Assembly: GCA_950097015.1 (NCBI GenBank) | Contig: CATNEN010000001.1 | Coordinates: 8,060,001-8,124,000, forward strand | DNA: 64,000 nucleotides | Direction of reading: 5' to 3' | From: Macrostomum hystrix | Taxonomy: Eukaryota > Animalia > Platyhelminthes | In this document: positions 1 through 10,951 of the stretch, one piece after another | How the letters are laid out: every line of letters starts with the position of its first letter | How positions within the stretch are numbered: the first letter of the stretch is position 1 | Position numbers and translations under genes: made by a program | Notes under the pieces: model-generated | Told to the model about the DNA's origin: nothing | Databases searched by the model: none | What the model saw: the letters and a program-made list of their open reading frames with translations, nothing else

Positions 1-1044
1 GGCAGTAAGTGAAATAACATTCAGTATGCACGCCACAGTCTAGTCCGACTGCATTTTGCGAGGCAGCTTCAAAGCCGAGGGAAAAAACGGAAAGAAGCCC
101 AAGCTTCTGACTCCTCAGTTACAGCACGAAGCGTGCGAATTGCAGACTCAAGCTCCGGCAGAAGCGGCTCGATCCAGCATGCCCTCATCAACCTCACTGG
201 CTGCTACCGCATCGAGGTCGTCGGTGCCTGTGGCGGCAACAATAACGTTCTCGGCTTCCGAGGAGGCACAGGAGCTCTGGCTGCAGCCAGCTTCGTCCTG
301 ACGGCTGGCACCTGGCTCACTATTGCTGTGGGACAGGCTGGAGTTTCTGTTGACAACCAAGACGCTGGAGCTGGCGGTGGCGGAGGCAGCTTCGTGTACA
401 GGAAGAACGACAGTCGGCTGCTGATTGCGGCCGGTGGGGGCGGAGGCGCCTCTTCGTTCATGGCGGGTGAGTTGCGAATGAAATACTGAAAGATCTCGCG
501 TCAGTAATCGAATGCACCATTGCTGGCAGGAAAGCATGGAAACGCGGGTGTCAACGGCAGTGACTCACAGGGCAAGAGCTCCTACAATGTGGGTCACGGA
601 GGAGCGAATGGCAACCCTGGATCAAATGATCCGACTATTTACGACACCGGAAACAACCACGGAGGCTGTGGTGCTGGCTGGTTGCGTGGCCCTCGCATTG
701 CCATCAGAAGCTCGCGGTGTGGCGAAGGAGGAGGCGGTCTGACCGACGGATGGGTTGGCGGCCTCGCTGGTAGGGAGACATCCTTTCTCGGCTCGAGCGG
801 CGGCGATGGCGGGTTCGGCGGAGGAGGCGGTGGCGGAGCTGCCGCGAGTTACGGAGCGGCCGGAGGAGGCGGAGGCTTCAGCGGAGGCGGCGCCGGAATG
901 GGTGGCACTAACGCCGGAGGTGGCGGCGGCTCGTTCTGCGGCGGCAGCGGCTGCGTCGCCGTCATCGGGGGCGGCAACGCGGGCAGCGAGCACGGCCGAG
1001 TGACGCTGAAGCTGCTGGCTCCTCTGGCTGACAGCTGCCTGTGA
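1..1044 (+). CDS. Glycine-rich (ALK/LTK GR-domain-like) protein, tandem copy 1, 5' part outside the window; exons <1-4, 146-466, 530-1044
   Basis: Junctions ggca|gtaagt (4/5), ttgcag|ac (145/146), gcgg|gtgagt (466/467) and ctggcag|ga (529/530) are all phase 1. The translation has GSIQ..LINLTGCYRIEVVGACGG, LTIAVGQAG, AGGGGGSFVY..LLIAAGGGGGA and GGFGGGGG..GGGGGFSGG..AGGGGGSF, the pattern of the ALK/LTK glycine-rich domain. Near-identical to copy 2 at offset 4578. Confidence 0.8.
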
Positions 1045-1129
1045 CTTTTTGGTAGCACATTTGATTTAGCGAACTGTTGGTGCAAATTAATCAAATAAGT
1101 CAGCTTGTAGGGTAGTTAAAAATAAATGG

Positions 1130-2595
1130 CTAATGCGAGAGCCGCAATTGCAAGCGAAAGCGAAAGCCTTGGCCCTAGCTTATGTACATTCAAGCCTCAA
1201 TAGACAGAAATCTCGTCCCCACAAACAAACACTGACAAATGCATGGAGGGCTGTAGCCCGAGTATTCTAAGTCTAGCTTCAACTTATGAAATTTCGGTTT
1301 CACTTTTCATGTGATGCAAGAAAAAGTTGATCGCAAAAAACAGGATGATCTTTCATTAATTACTGCTTACTTCTTATTCATACTTAATTAGATAATTAAA
1401 CTTTCCCAGACTAAAGCAAGACATTCATTACAATGCTGGGCACAATTTATATGCGAAACTTACGAGTACATGCGATTTCTGAACCATTTTAGCACAATTT
1501 TCACTCAAGGTTGCATGCATTATTTGTGGATGAAAAATTCACGTTTTATAAATGAAAATCAATACTGTACATCTGAAATGTGTTGCACAGCTTCAAGTGA
1601 CATGTCATTGTCTTGGAAACATCTAGACGCATCTATTGAAACCATTTTCAATGACATTGGGGCAATGAAAAACATTTTATTAGAGTAAACTTGAAAATGC
1701 TGCTTCTCTTAAAAGTACTGCATCGTGTACTGACGCTCAATCAATGTTCACAGGCATGCATAGATGCTGTCCTTTTGAAGAGGGCTCTAAATGCTATCCA
1801 ACGACACCAAACTTGATTCGAGAAATTGCGCTACTAAAATCTTATGAGCAATTGGCATAGGCCCCGGGTGTCAAAATTGCTGCAATGTGCCTTCCATTTC
1901 GAAAAATCGAATTTTCCAACACTAATGCAGCTGCTCATCGGATGCAGCATAGTATTGGGTACATTTCGTCTCTGCACATAAAAAAATGCGCAAGACCGTT
2001 TTTACAAAATTTACCTTTAAAGGTTCGAAAAATTGCATGATTTATTCAATTTCTACGAAAACAACACGTTATCCAACTGCAAATCAAGATTTAGCATCTT
2101 GAATGTGATGCTGACTTTAAGTTGACATGTCATTCTCTTTCAAAAATCCACATGCGCCTATTGACATTTGACACCATTTTTAGCTCAATGCGACAAAGTG
2201 CACTATCGTAGAGGCAGAAATGGCAAACTTTTTCTCTCATACGTACACCTGTACAGGTACATATATTAGTACAGATGGCCAACTACTGAATGTGTGTACA
2301 CGAGTCTAGTATCAAATGAAAGAGGGTCCTAAATGCAATTCAGCAACGGTAAGCGCAACACCAACGGATGCAGCAATCAAAAGTTATGACTGATCCCGTT
2401 TTGCATGTTTTAGCCCCCCGGGGGGTCAAAATTTGGGATTTTCGCATCCACCTTCGGGGCAAGTGGATGCTTAGAAAATTCAAAATATACATTTTGTGCG
2501 CGCATCTGTTGCGCTTCTAAAAACTGAAGCCGCATTCAAATCGTACGTATAGTACGTATATATAGAGCAAATTGAGGCGGGCAAGCATAGTTAAA
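1130..2595. mobile_element. Probable non-autonomous DNA element with degenerate ~530-bp internal duplication
   Basis: gacatgtcatt..ctattga..accatttt recurs at ~1599 and ~2124. gaagagggctctaaatgc (~1777) recurs as gaaagagggtcctaaatgc (~2318). A short palindrome gcaattgc lies near the left end. No ORF; boundaries approximate. Confidence 0.3.
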
Positions 2596-3886
2596 CAAAA
2601 ATTTAAAACATATTTAAACAAAATAAAATCATTCGAGTGTTTTTATCAAATTTCTAAGAACAATAGCATACGGTAATTTTAATAATAGCTATACATGTTG
2701 TGAATTACACGCAAATTTAAGAGAGGCTTGAACAATGCTTGGTTGTTGGTGCGATACGATGGAGAGTAGCGAAGTCAAGTGAAGTGTGAGAGGGCGTTGT
2801 GCCCTGGACTATATATTTAAACATGGTTAAGTTGGACAGACTGGAGGAGGTTGGCGGTACGATAACAAGAGTTCGCGACTGAGGGTAGGAGAGGAGGCTA
2901 GAACGTGAGCGGCGGACCAATCAGAAAGGAGGAAAGAGAGAAAGGATAGAGAATGAGAGATCAGCCGCAGAGATAACGAGAGAAAGAACTAGATTGAACT
3001 GGACGATGTAAACAAGAAAAGTGCACAGAACGAAAGAGTGAATAGAGGACAGAAGGCAGAGACGAAAGTCGCGACAATACAGCATCGTGCGAGCAAAGGT
3101 AAAAACTAACTTACTACAACAGCTAGGAGAATTATATGCCCTATCAGTACCATGTTCTGAGGCTAAATGTTTCGGCAAGAACTTTGATGATTAAGTTAGT
3201 CAGTTTTCGTCGATTATTCTAGAATAGTAAGCACGGCATGATGCAAAGTCATCATAGGATGCTTCTGAAGCGCTTGTTCTGCATTTTCAAGTCCTGGATA
3301 ATGCTTGTATTAATTTTATGTAATTCAAACAAAAAGCGAATATTCAAGCTTTTTAAAGCTTTCCTTCATAAAAAAATTCGGAATGCTGTTAACTTTGTGT
3401 AACCTACTCAATATCTACATTCTATGCTCATTGAGTGTCGGGTGCCAAGAATTTAACAGTATAATTAGCTCTTTAATTGCGTCGTTCCACTCCATCCGTT
3501 AACATGAGTTTTGAAAGCACTTATTTTAGACCTGAGTGCCCCAGGATAAACATCTGATGCGAGAGTCGAAGAGTCCTCTGTTGGACAGAAAGTAGAGGCG
3601 GCAATTGCTAGTACGAGTTGCATGCCAAGCAAGGCTCTGCGATGAAAAATACGTGGAACAAGCTGTCAGATTTCCCAGCGGTACGTTTCTGTTAGAAAGC
3701 TGTCAGTTAACTTGCGTCAAAAAACTTGAGAATTTCTTGCGAATAAATGGTGACGCTTTTATCGAACAGGCTCAGTAAAAATTCTTCAAATGCACAAGAA
3801 AAATACTTAACTAAATTTCGACACATTTTTGTTTTAAAAGAGTACGAAAAGCAATAAGCAAAGTAAGCTAAAGCGGCCTCCTGACA

Positions 3887-5622
3887 ATGCGGACACTAAA
3901 TCGTCAGATTTGTTTATTTCTAATATTGCAAACGTGCTTACCGACTATTCTTAAAGGTAATTAATATATAATAATTGAGCTTTGTATCCTGACTTTCGAA
4001 GCATATTATTGAGCAAAAAGTATTGCTCAATATATCAATATTTTTTTGATAAAAAATCGAAAATGTGCTCCAGCCAGTGACATTCGAGCGTAGAGTATGG
4101 ATTTATGTTTAAATACAAAAATACCAGAGTTCAATGCAGATAAGACGCATTTTTGTTCGCAAAACTATTTTCAAGAAAAAACTAATGATTTAAAAATTAA
4201 TGTCGTAGAAGTACATTCTTGAGAACATCCATGTTAAAAAAACTTTCGCAGCCAAGTGCCTGAACTACAAGCTGAGCACAGGCCCAGTCCTGCTTTCTCC
4301 TGCCGTCAGCAGCGAGATGACCAACTTCACGAGCTCGCAGACGGAGTCGGACTGTGTGACAATGTGCCACGTGAGAAGGTGTGTCATAGCCATTTTAACT
4401 ACCGTTAGCCGCCTCTGTCAGCTCGTGAGCGTGAACGATGCGTCCAGAGAACTCGGGCCGACTGACACCCACGTGCGACGACTCCTGGGGTCCGAAGCCG
4501 GCCAGAGGGTGTGGACGGTGGAGGGAATCGAGGAGCTGCTGCGGCTGAGGCAGTTCAACGTTTCTGCATCCATGGTTTTCGGCAGTAAGTGAAATCACAT
4601 TCAGTATTCACGCCAGTCTAGTCCGACTGCATTTTGCGAGGCAGCTTCAAAGCCGAGGGAAAAAACGGAAAGAAGCCCAAGCTTCTGACTCCTCAGTTAC
4701 AGCACGAAGCGTGCGAATTGCAGACTCAAGCTCCGGCAGAAGCGGCTCGATCCAGCAGGCCCTCATCAACCTCACTGGCTGCTACCGCATCGAGGTCGTC
4801 GGTGCCTGTGGCGGCAACAATAACGTTCTCGGCTTACGAGGAGGCAGAGGAGCTCTGGCTGCAGCCAGCTTCGTCCTGACGGCTGGCACCTGGCTGGCAA
4901 TTGCTGTGGGACAGGCTGGAGTTTCTGTTGACAACCAAGACGCTGGAGCTGGCGGTGGCGGAGGCAGCTTCGTGTACAGGAAGAACGACAGTCGGCTGCT
5001 GATTGCGGCCGGTGGGGGCGGAGGCGCCTCTTCGTTCATGGCGGGTGAGTTGCGAATGAAATACTGAAAGATCTCGCGTCAGTAATCGAATGCACCATTG
5101 CTGGCAGGAAAGCACGGAAACGCGGGTGTGAACGGCAGTGACTCACAGGGCAAGAGCTCTTACAATGTGGGTCACGGTGGAGCGAATGGCAACCCTGGAT
5201 CAAATGATCCGACTATTTACGACACCGGAAACAACCACGGAGGCTGTGGTGCTGGCTGGTTGCGTGGCTCTCGCATTCTCAAAAGAAGCTCGCTGTGTGG
5301 CGAAGGAGGAGGCGGTCTGACCGACGGATGGGTTGGCGGCCTCGCTGGCAGGGAGACATCCTTTCTCGGCTCCAAGGGTGGCGATGGCGGGTTTGGCGGA
5401 GGAGGCGGTGGCGGAGCTGCCGCGAGCTACGGAGCGGCCGGAGGAGGCGGAGGCTTCAGTGGAGGCGGCGCCGGAATGGGCGGCAGCAACGCCGGAGGTG
5501 GCGGCGGCTCGTTCTGCGGCGGCAGCGGCTGCGTCGCTGGCACTGGGGGATGCAACGCGGGCAGCGAGCATGGCCGAGTGACGCTGAAGCTGCTGGCTCC
5601 TCTGGCTGACAGGTGCAGATGA
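3887..5622 (+). CDS. Secreted protein: signal peptide + PAN/Apple-like Cys domain + ALK/LTK-type glycine-rich domain, tandem copy 2; exons 3887-3956, 4252-4584, 4724-5044, 5108-5622
   Basis: Exon 1 encodes MRTLNRQICLFLILQTCLPTILK (signal-peptide-like) then g|gtaatt. Acceptor ttttcgcag|cc continues in frame into ...SDCVTMCHVRRCVIAILTTVSRLCQL (PAN/Apple-like C-x3-C...C...C spacing). All three introns are phase 1 GT-AG. No transmembrane or kinase segment before the stop at 5622. Confidence 0.8.
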
Positions 5623-5859
5623 CGAACAGAGAATGGAGCTTATTTGTGTGACAAACTTTTTATCTGTTAGGAAACGACTTTTTAACCCCATTAAGGCCCT
5701 TTTCTATTGTCTTATCGGTACTACTCGTATTGATACGCTTTATTGATGCGAATAAAATATTTCGTACTCTTCTCACGCCAAGCCCACTGTTGTCTAGCCT
5801 TCATTCACTACGCAAACTTTACAACAGCATCGCACGCTGCGAATTAGTTTTGCTCGATT

Positions 5860-6158
5860 CCGAGCTAAGGTCTTTAAGCTCGATTCCGGGGCGACGCCAA
5901 AATTATTTAGGGAGAGGGCTTGGTGGCTTGCCTAATTTACGGCCTTGAGGGCCAATCTTTATGGCAGTGAAAGTATTCACTGCCTGACAATCAGAAAGTC
6001 AGGGCAGATGTACACATCTGTGTGAGCGTGTACCTGCGTACAGTATCTGTGTGTGTGTGCTCAGAAGTCAGCGAAATGGCCGAATTGTTTCCCAGTGTCA
6101 CCAAACGCTGTGCGAGTGACCGCTGCCCTACTGTAATTGTTGTTAATAATTATATTAT
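5860..6158 (+). mobile_element. tRNA-derived SINE family A, 5'-truncated or diverged copy
   Basis: Shares aaggtc..agctcgattcc (B-box-like), ctgcctgacaatcagaaagtcagggcagatgtacac and gtgtgtgctcag.agtcagcgaaatg, plus an AT-rich tail, with the other copies in this window. Confidence 0.75.
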
Positions 6159-6164
6159 AGCTAT

Positions 6165-7025
6165 TGGTGGAGGGCAGGCGAGCTGATGACCGGCCGAGGG
6201 ACGAGGACCCCGCTGCGAACTCTGGAGGCCGACGCAGCGTGACCAGTCGTGACCTCGAAGCGAATCAACGTCGCGAAGCGCCGTTCCAAGGGCAACACCG
6301 ACGGCTGCGCGGCACCAGCTCGGTCAGCGACCACCCAGAACGGCTCCTGGGTGTGGATCAGCCAATCTCCCGGTGGGACACCCGCGCCCAACCCGCGCCT
6401 TCCCACCAGTGGCCCCGCTGTACGCCCCACTATACGCCCACCCACCGGTGAGCGGCGGGAAGGCGCATAGTGGGGCGTACAGCGGGGCCACTGGTGGCCA
6501 CCAGTGGGGGGCGCGGGTTGGGGTGGGGCGTAAATAAAATTCGGGGCATATCCTCAAAGTCTACTGTTAGTAGAAATGTTAGTTTGAAATCATGAAGCCA
6601 ACTCAGTCGTGTAGGAAATCATTTCTAGATTGATTTTCAATTGAATCCGACTCGATAAGCTGTGCTCAAATCTATTGGGACACCGACGACAGCCATATAG
6701 TGTACTGACATAGTCAGAGTTAAGATAAAATTTTCTAGGTGACTTTCCAGGTTAATAAGTTCGAGTGGAAATCATTTGAAATCATGAATTTTATTTACCC
6801 CCCACCCCAACCCGCGCCTTCCCACCAGTGGCCCCGCTGTACGCCCCACTATACGCCCACCCACCGGTGAGCGGCGGGAAGGCGCATAGTGGGGCGTACA
6901 GAGGGGCGTATAGTAAATGTCCCACCGGGCTGATCCACTAGGCAAGCTGGAGCCCGAGCTCATTGGGCCGTTCCGGGTGCGCATGAGACTCAAAACGACG
7001 GACGAGTCGGCTTGGAAGGCTTACC
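6165..7025 (+). mobile_element. Relic of an LTR-retrotransposon (Ty3/Gypsy-like) integrase C-terminus, interrupted by a MITE
   Basis: Removing 6369-6931 joins ...GSWVWISQS to DPLGKLEPELIGPFRVR in frame. This reproduces the G-x-x-V-W...K-L-x-P-x-x-x-G-P-F-x-V (GPF/Y) module found after Gypsy integrase cores. Confidence 0.6.
6369..6929. mobile_element. MITE / non-autonomous TIR transposon (CMC/EnSpm-like termini)
   Basis: 12-bp perfect TIR cccggtgggaca...tgtcccaccggg flanked by a 2-bp direct repeat CT (6367-6368, 6930-6931). GC-rich subterminal blocks are repeated at ~6388-6482 and ~6806-6900. Confidence 0.8.
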
Positions 7026-7377
7026 AGTTTAACAGTTACCCACCTAAAGAAAAAGCAATGTTCTCTTGTCTTATTTTTTCCAAAGATGAACAGCAGATTT
7101 CATATTTTACGTGCCAAAAAAATGAAAGATGAATAATGCTTTGAAATTTTCTTCAAAATGCAAAGGCACGGTTAAAAATCCGATCCAAAGGGCAACTAAA
7201 TGTTTATTTTCATGATTGCACGTTTGGAAAAAGTTAAGAGCAACTTTCAGAAGTTTTTTAAGAACGCTCGACTCGCAGGAATGCGAATTATCGCGATTTT
7301 CGCGATTAAGACTACTTGTCTTCAAAGCACAAATAGCGTGTATATTTTAGAAGCAAGGCTAAGTTAATCTACTAATG

Positions 7378-9367
7378 TTAGACATCTCCGCTGCCAGAAA
7401 CACTTGGATTACAATCGATACTCTGATCCTCGTTGGTCATCCGCAGATACAGACCAACTGACGCCAGAGCCTCGACAGCCCAGTCAGGATAGTCGGTCGG
7501 TTTAGAAAATTGCGCCTGGAAAAATTGACGTACAAAATCTGGAAAATTGCCCTCAATAATGCTCTGTCGCATGCCGGACATTAGGTCGAGCATATAAGCC
7601 ACATTGTGAGCCGTGAGCAAGCTACAGCCAAGCGTCACACCATCTTCCTTGAGCAGTGCAGCCAGGTAGGCTCGCGAATAGCCACCTCGACAGCAGCGAC
7701 ATCGGCAACGTTCGTCGATAGGCCTGAGATCGGATTGGTATGCCCGCTTCTTCAACTGAAGCTCACCCTCCGGTACCAGGGCGACACCAAAGCGAGCTGT
7801 TCTAGTCGGCAGGACACAGTCGAACATGTCTACGCCCAAGGCAACGCAGACGACAAGGTCCAAGGGCAGGCCGACGCCCATTAAATAGCGCGGCTTATTA
7901 GCAGGCAGCCGCTCGGTGCACAGTTTCACAATGCGCCAAAATGTCGACTTAGATTCGCCGCCACTCAGGCCGCCAATGGCGAAGCCGGCAACGTCGCGAC
8001 TGGCCAAAGCGGCCAACGATTGAATCCGCAGCTCGCAGTCAAGGCCGCCTTGAACGATTGGGAATAGGCACTGCTGAGTTGGACGAGAATTGGCTGCTAG
8101 GCAACGATCGAGCCAGCGAATGGAGCTGAGGGGAGATAAGATAAGGAACTTGTCGCTAAACTATCAGGTCCTGTTGCGAATCGAGCCAGAAAAGAACCTG
8201 CGAAATTTCACTGGTATGTAGGACTGGAGTAGTTAGAGGGAGTCAGTAGCAGGGCGGTCTAACGTGACTTTCCTCTTGCAACAAGGTCCTTAAGCTCGAT
8301 TTCACATTCATTTGAGGCACTGACGCACAGAGAAGGCTTGGGGGCTTCTCGTGTAATTTATACCCTTTAGGGACAATCTCCAAGGCATGGTGATTGTACG
8401 CTGCCTGACAATCAGAAATCAGGGCATATGTACACACTTGTGTGAGCGTGTGCCTACGTACATTATCTGTGTGCGTGTGTGCTCAGGAGTCAGCGGAATG
8501 GGCAGAATTGCCTCCTCGCTGGCTGCGGGTCTGGAGTTCTGAGTCTTCCTGCTCATCAAGGGTGCCAGGCAAAGCTAGCCTGTCTGTCTCGGGACACAGC
8601 AGTTTGAAAGAACTGACTCAACATCAGCCATGGCACTCACCGTTCCATTGCTTCCTTAACTCGCGGCCCCGTTGTACTACTATGAACAACATCGTCCAAC
8701 TGCATCATTATATCGGCCCCGATGCCGTTCTGTATCCGTATAGACTCCTCAGGCGTCAGACGCATTATACTCTTATCGTAAGGATTAGTGAAAGTGACGC
8801 CGCCTTCATCGACAGTGCACAGGTCTGATAAGGAGACCATTTGAAAGCCGCCGGAGTCTGTTAGGAGGGCGTGCGGCCAGCGCATGTAGCCGTGGAGACC
8901 ACCGGCCGAAGTTAGTAACTCTGGGCCTGGCCTATTGAAGTTAAGGGCGATAACTTATACATTCCAACTATCTAAACAAACGAGACAAACAACGCCCTAG
9001 GTCACTTGGGACGAACGTACAGCCAGTGGCACAGCTGTTCAGTCCAAGATCTTTAAAGGCAATCAGACTAACCCTCAACGAAATAATCAATAATTGATCC
9101 TGCACGTTCTCACCTGCAGCCAAGATGATAGGTATTACCCAGCATAATTCTGCAGCCCAGCTCGCTAAGCTCATCTGTGGTCAAAGCCTTTAAACTGCCC
9201 ATAGTGCCAACTGGCATAAATACTGGAGTCTGCACTGCGGCATGCGGTAACTGCATCTGGGACGCTCTGGCAGCAGTTGTTCCACATTTGGCCAATATGT
9301 TAAATTTTAATGGATAGGCAGCACCGTCAGCTGCTGCTGTCGTTGTTGTTGACGATGTTGTCGACAT
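7378..9367 (-). CDS. QTRT1: Queuine tRNA-ribosyltransferase catalytic subunit (TGT), ~430 aa; exons 9367-9114, 8931-8641, 8125-7378
   Basis: Motifs [38 protein letters not shown] (catalytic Asp), [68 protein letters not shown] and the Zn site CRCRCC...HN. Both introns are phase 2 GT-AG; spliced length 1293 nt is in frame. Confidence 0.95.
8243..8535 (+). mobile_element. tRNA-derived SINE family A, in QTRT1 intron 2 (antisense to the gene)
   Basis: Head gtagcagggcggtctaacgtg...caaggtccttaagctcgatt and body match the 20578 copy. Confidence 0.8.
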
Positions 9368-10203
9368 GTTGACAGATAAGATGCGAAACGGAATGTTTCG
9401 TGCTTGTCTGACAATCTGAAGTTTGAATGTTCCCGTTTCTAATGATTGATTAGCTAATTGATTGTCAGTTTATTAGTATTCTTTTTGTAACATTTTTAAA
9501 GGACAAAATCTTACAAAACTTTCAAGCTTAAAAAAGCTTAAGAAACAAGCACAATTTTTAAGTACTTCAGTTCACCTAGCTGTTAACTGCGTTTTAATTT
9601 TTGGGACTTTACCAGAAGTTATTCTTTCGAGAGACATCAAAGTAGCTGCTACTAGGTGATTGATTTTTATAGGGTAATAACAAGTAGACAGCCCCCTAAA
9701 CCGATGGTCGTTAATTTACAACTTGTTTGTTTTAATAGAAAAAACTTAAAACTACTACCACCCCCTATTCTGCAAAAATATTCCATTGAAAATGAGTTAA
9801 AGTCAAGCTTGTAGCCGTTATTCACCAATCATGATTTTGCAGTATGTTGCAGTATAATTAGAAAAAACAGTGGAAATATATGTGTAAAGGCACGGGTAAA
9901 GAGATGGACTAAAGGGAAAAAACTTTTTCTAAAAATTTAAGGCTTACCAAAGATGGCTTCTGACAGTAAGAATAGATACTTTGAGTACAATCAAATCGCG
10001 CTTAAATGCTTATTACAAAAGTAAAAAACTATATTATATACTACAAAAACTAAAATAACTGCTGAAGTATTTTAAACTTACCATTTTCAAATACAAGTTC
10101 TTGTTACAATTCATTTGAGCTTAGGACTGAAGGTTTAAACGAAACATTAAAACTAAAACAACTAGTCATCAAACTTCTAGTGATTCGACAGCGTCTGCTT
10201 AAA

Positions 10204-10779
10204 TCAACAAGGTTTCATTTTCTTAGGAGACGATGGACCTTCCTGTAGATCAGTTGAAGAACTGGCAGCCGTTTGGGCACTAATTTCATTACTTTCATCT
10301 GCATTTCTGGCTAATCTGCGAGTCCAATCTTTGGCCCGACGCTCGAAAGCTAAACGATCAGAAAGAAACAGACTGGCCAAATCGGCCTCCGATGGATCGT
10401 CTGGATTTGGCGTACTCATTAACAGTTTTAACTGTAATAGCAAACAGCGTAGATTCATTATTGGTGACCAGGAGCCGCCTGGCTGCAACTTTAGACTATC
10501 CATACATATTCTACCAGCTGAATCGATATTATGATGCAAAATAGGAGTTTGAAAGCGCATGGAAGGCGGCTCAAACGGATAGCGAGATTGTATCTGTAGA
10601 TCGATGCGGAATTTGCCACCGAAATAAGGCGTGCCTGGATCGCCAGACAGAAGTACAGTTAGCTGGTGCTGGTCCGACATATTGCTGCTGCTGTGAATAA
10701 CTCGACAGCCTGGCACAGGATCTGTTAATGATTGCTACACCTCTCGTGTTAGACGCTTCTGTCTGGCATTAGAAGTCAT
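10204..10779 (-). pseudogene. UBE2T: Intronless ubiquitin-conjugating enzyme E2 T-like gene with an in-frame TAG at codon 15 (pseudogene/null allele, base error, or readthrough gene)
   Basis: From ATG 10779 the frame reads MTSNARQKRLTREV*QSLTDPVPG, colinear with the UBE2T N-terminus RLKREL..LATEPPPG. It continues TPYFGGKF..RYPFEPP..F.TPILHHNIDSAGRIC(active Cys)MDSLKLQPGGSWSP..LLMSTPNPDDP..F...AKDWT, which is UBE2T-like. The stop is at 10737-10735. Confidence 0.8.
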
Positions 10780-10951
10780 ACTAATTTACTTTCGTATTAG
10801 GTGGAATTCTTTAAATGGAGTAGACAAACCACTTAAGTTTTCAGCAGAATATTGCAGAAAAAATTTCAAGAATGAAATAAATATGATACTATTTAGGAGC
10901 ACGAGGGGCGATCTAAAAACCCAGCAACCAACTCTCATGTAGCCATTAAAA

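Noticed and set aside
148-1094. Pro/Ala-rich antisense ORFs over the glycine-rich genes (also 4782-5691)
   Set aside because: Shadow frames of GGC-rich coding sequence.
2717-3180. Possible degenerate L2/CR1 LINE 3' fragment on the minus strand (IHSFV..., LSYPQ..., TMFKYIVQG)
   Set aside because: The resemblance is too weak to support without a profile search.
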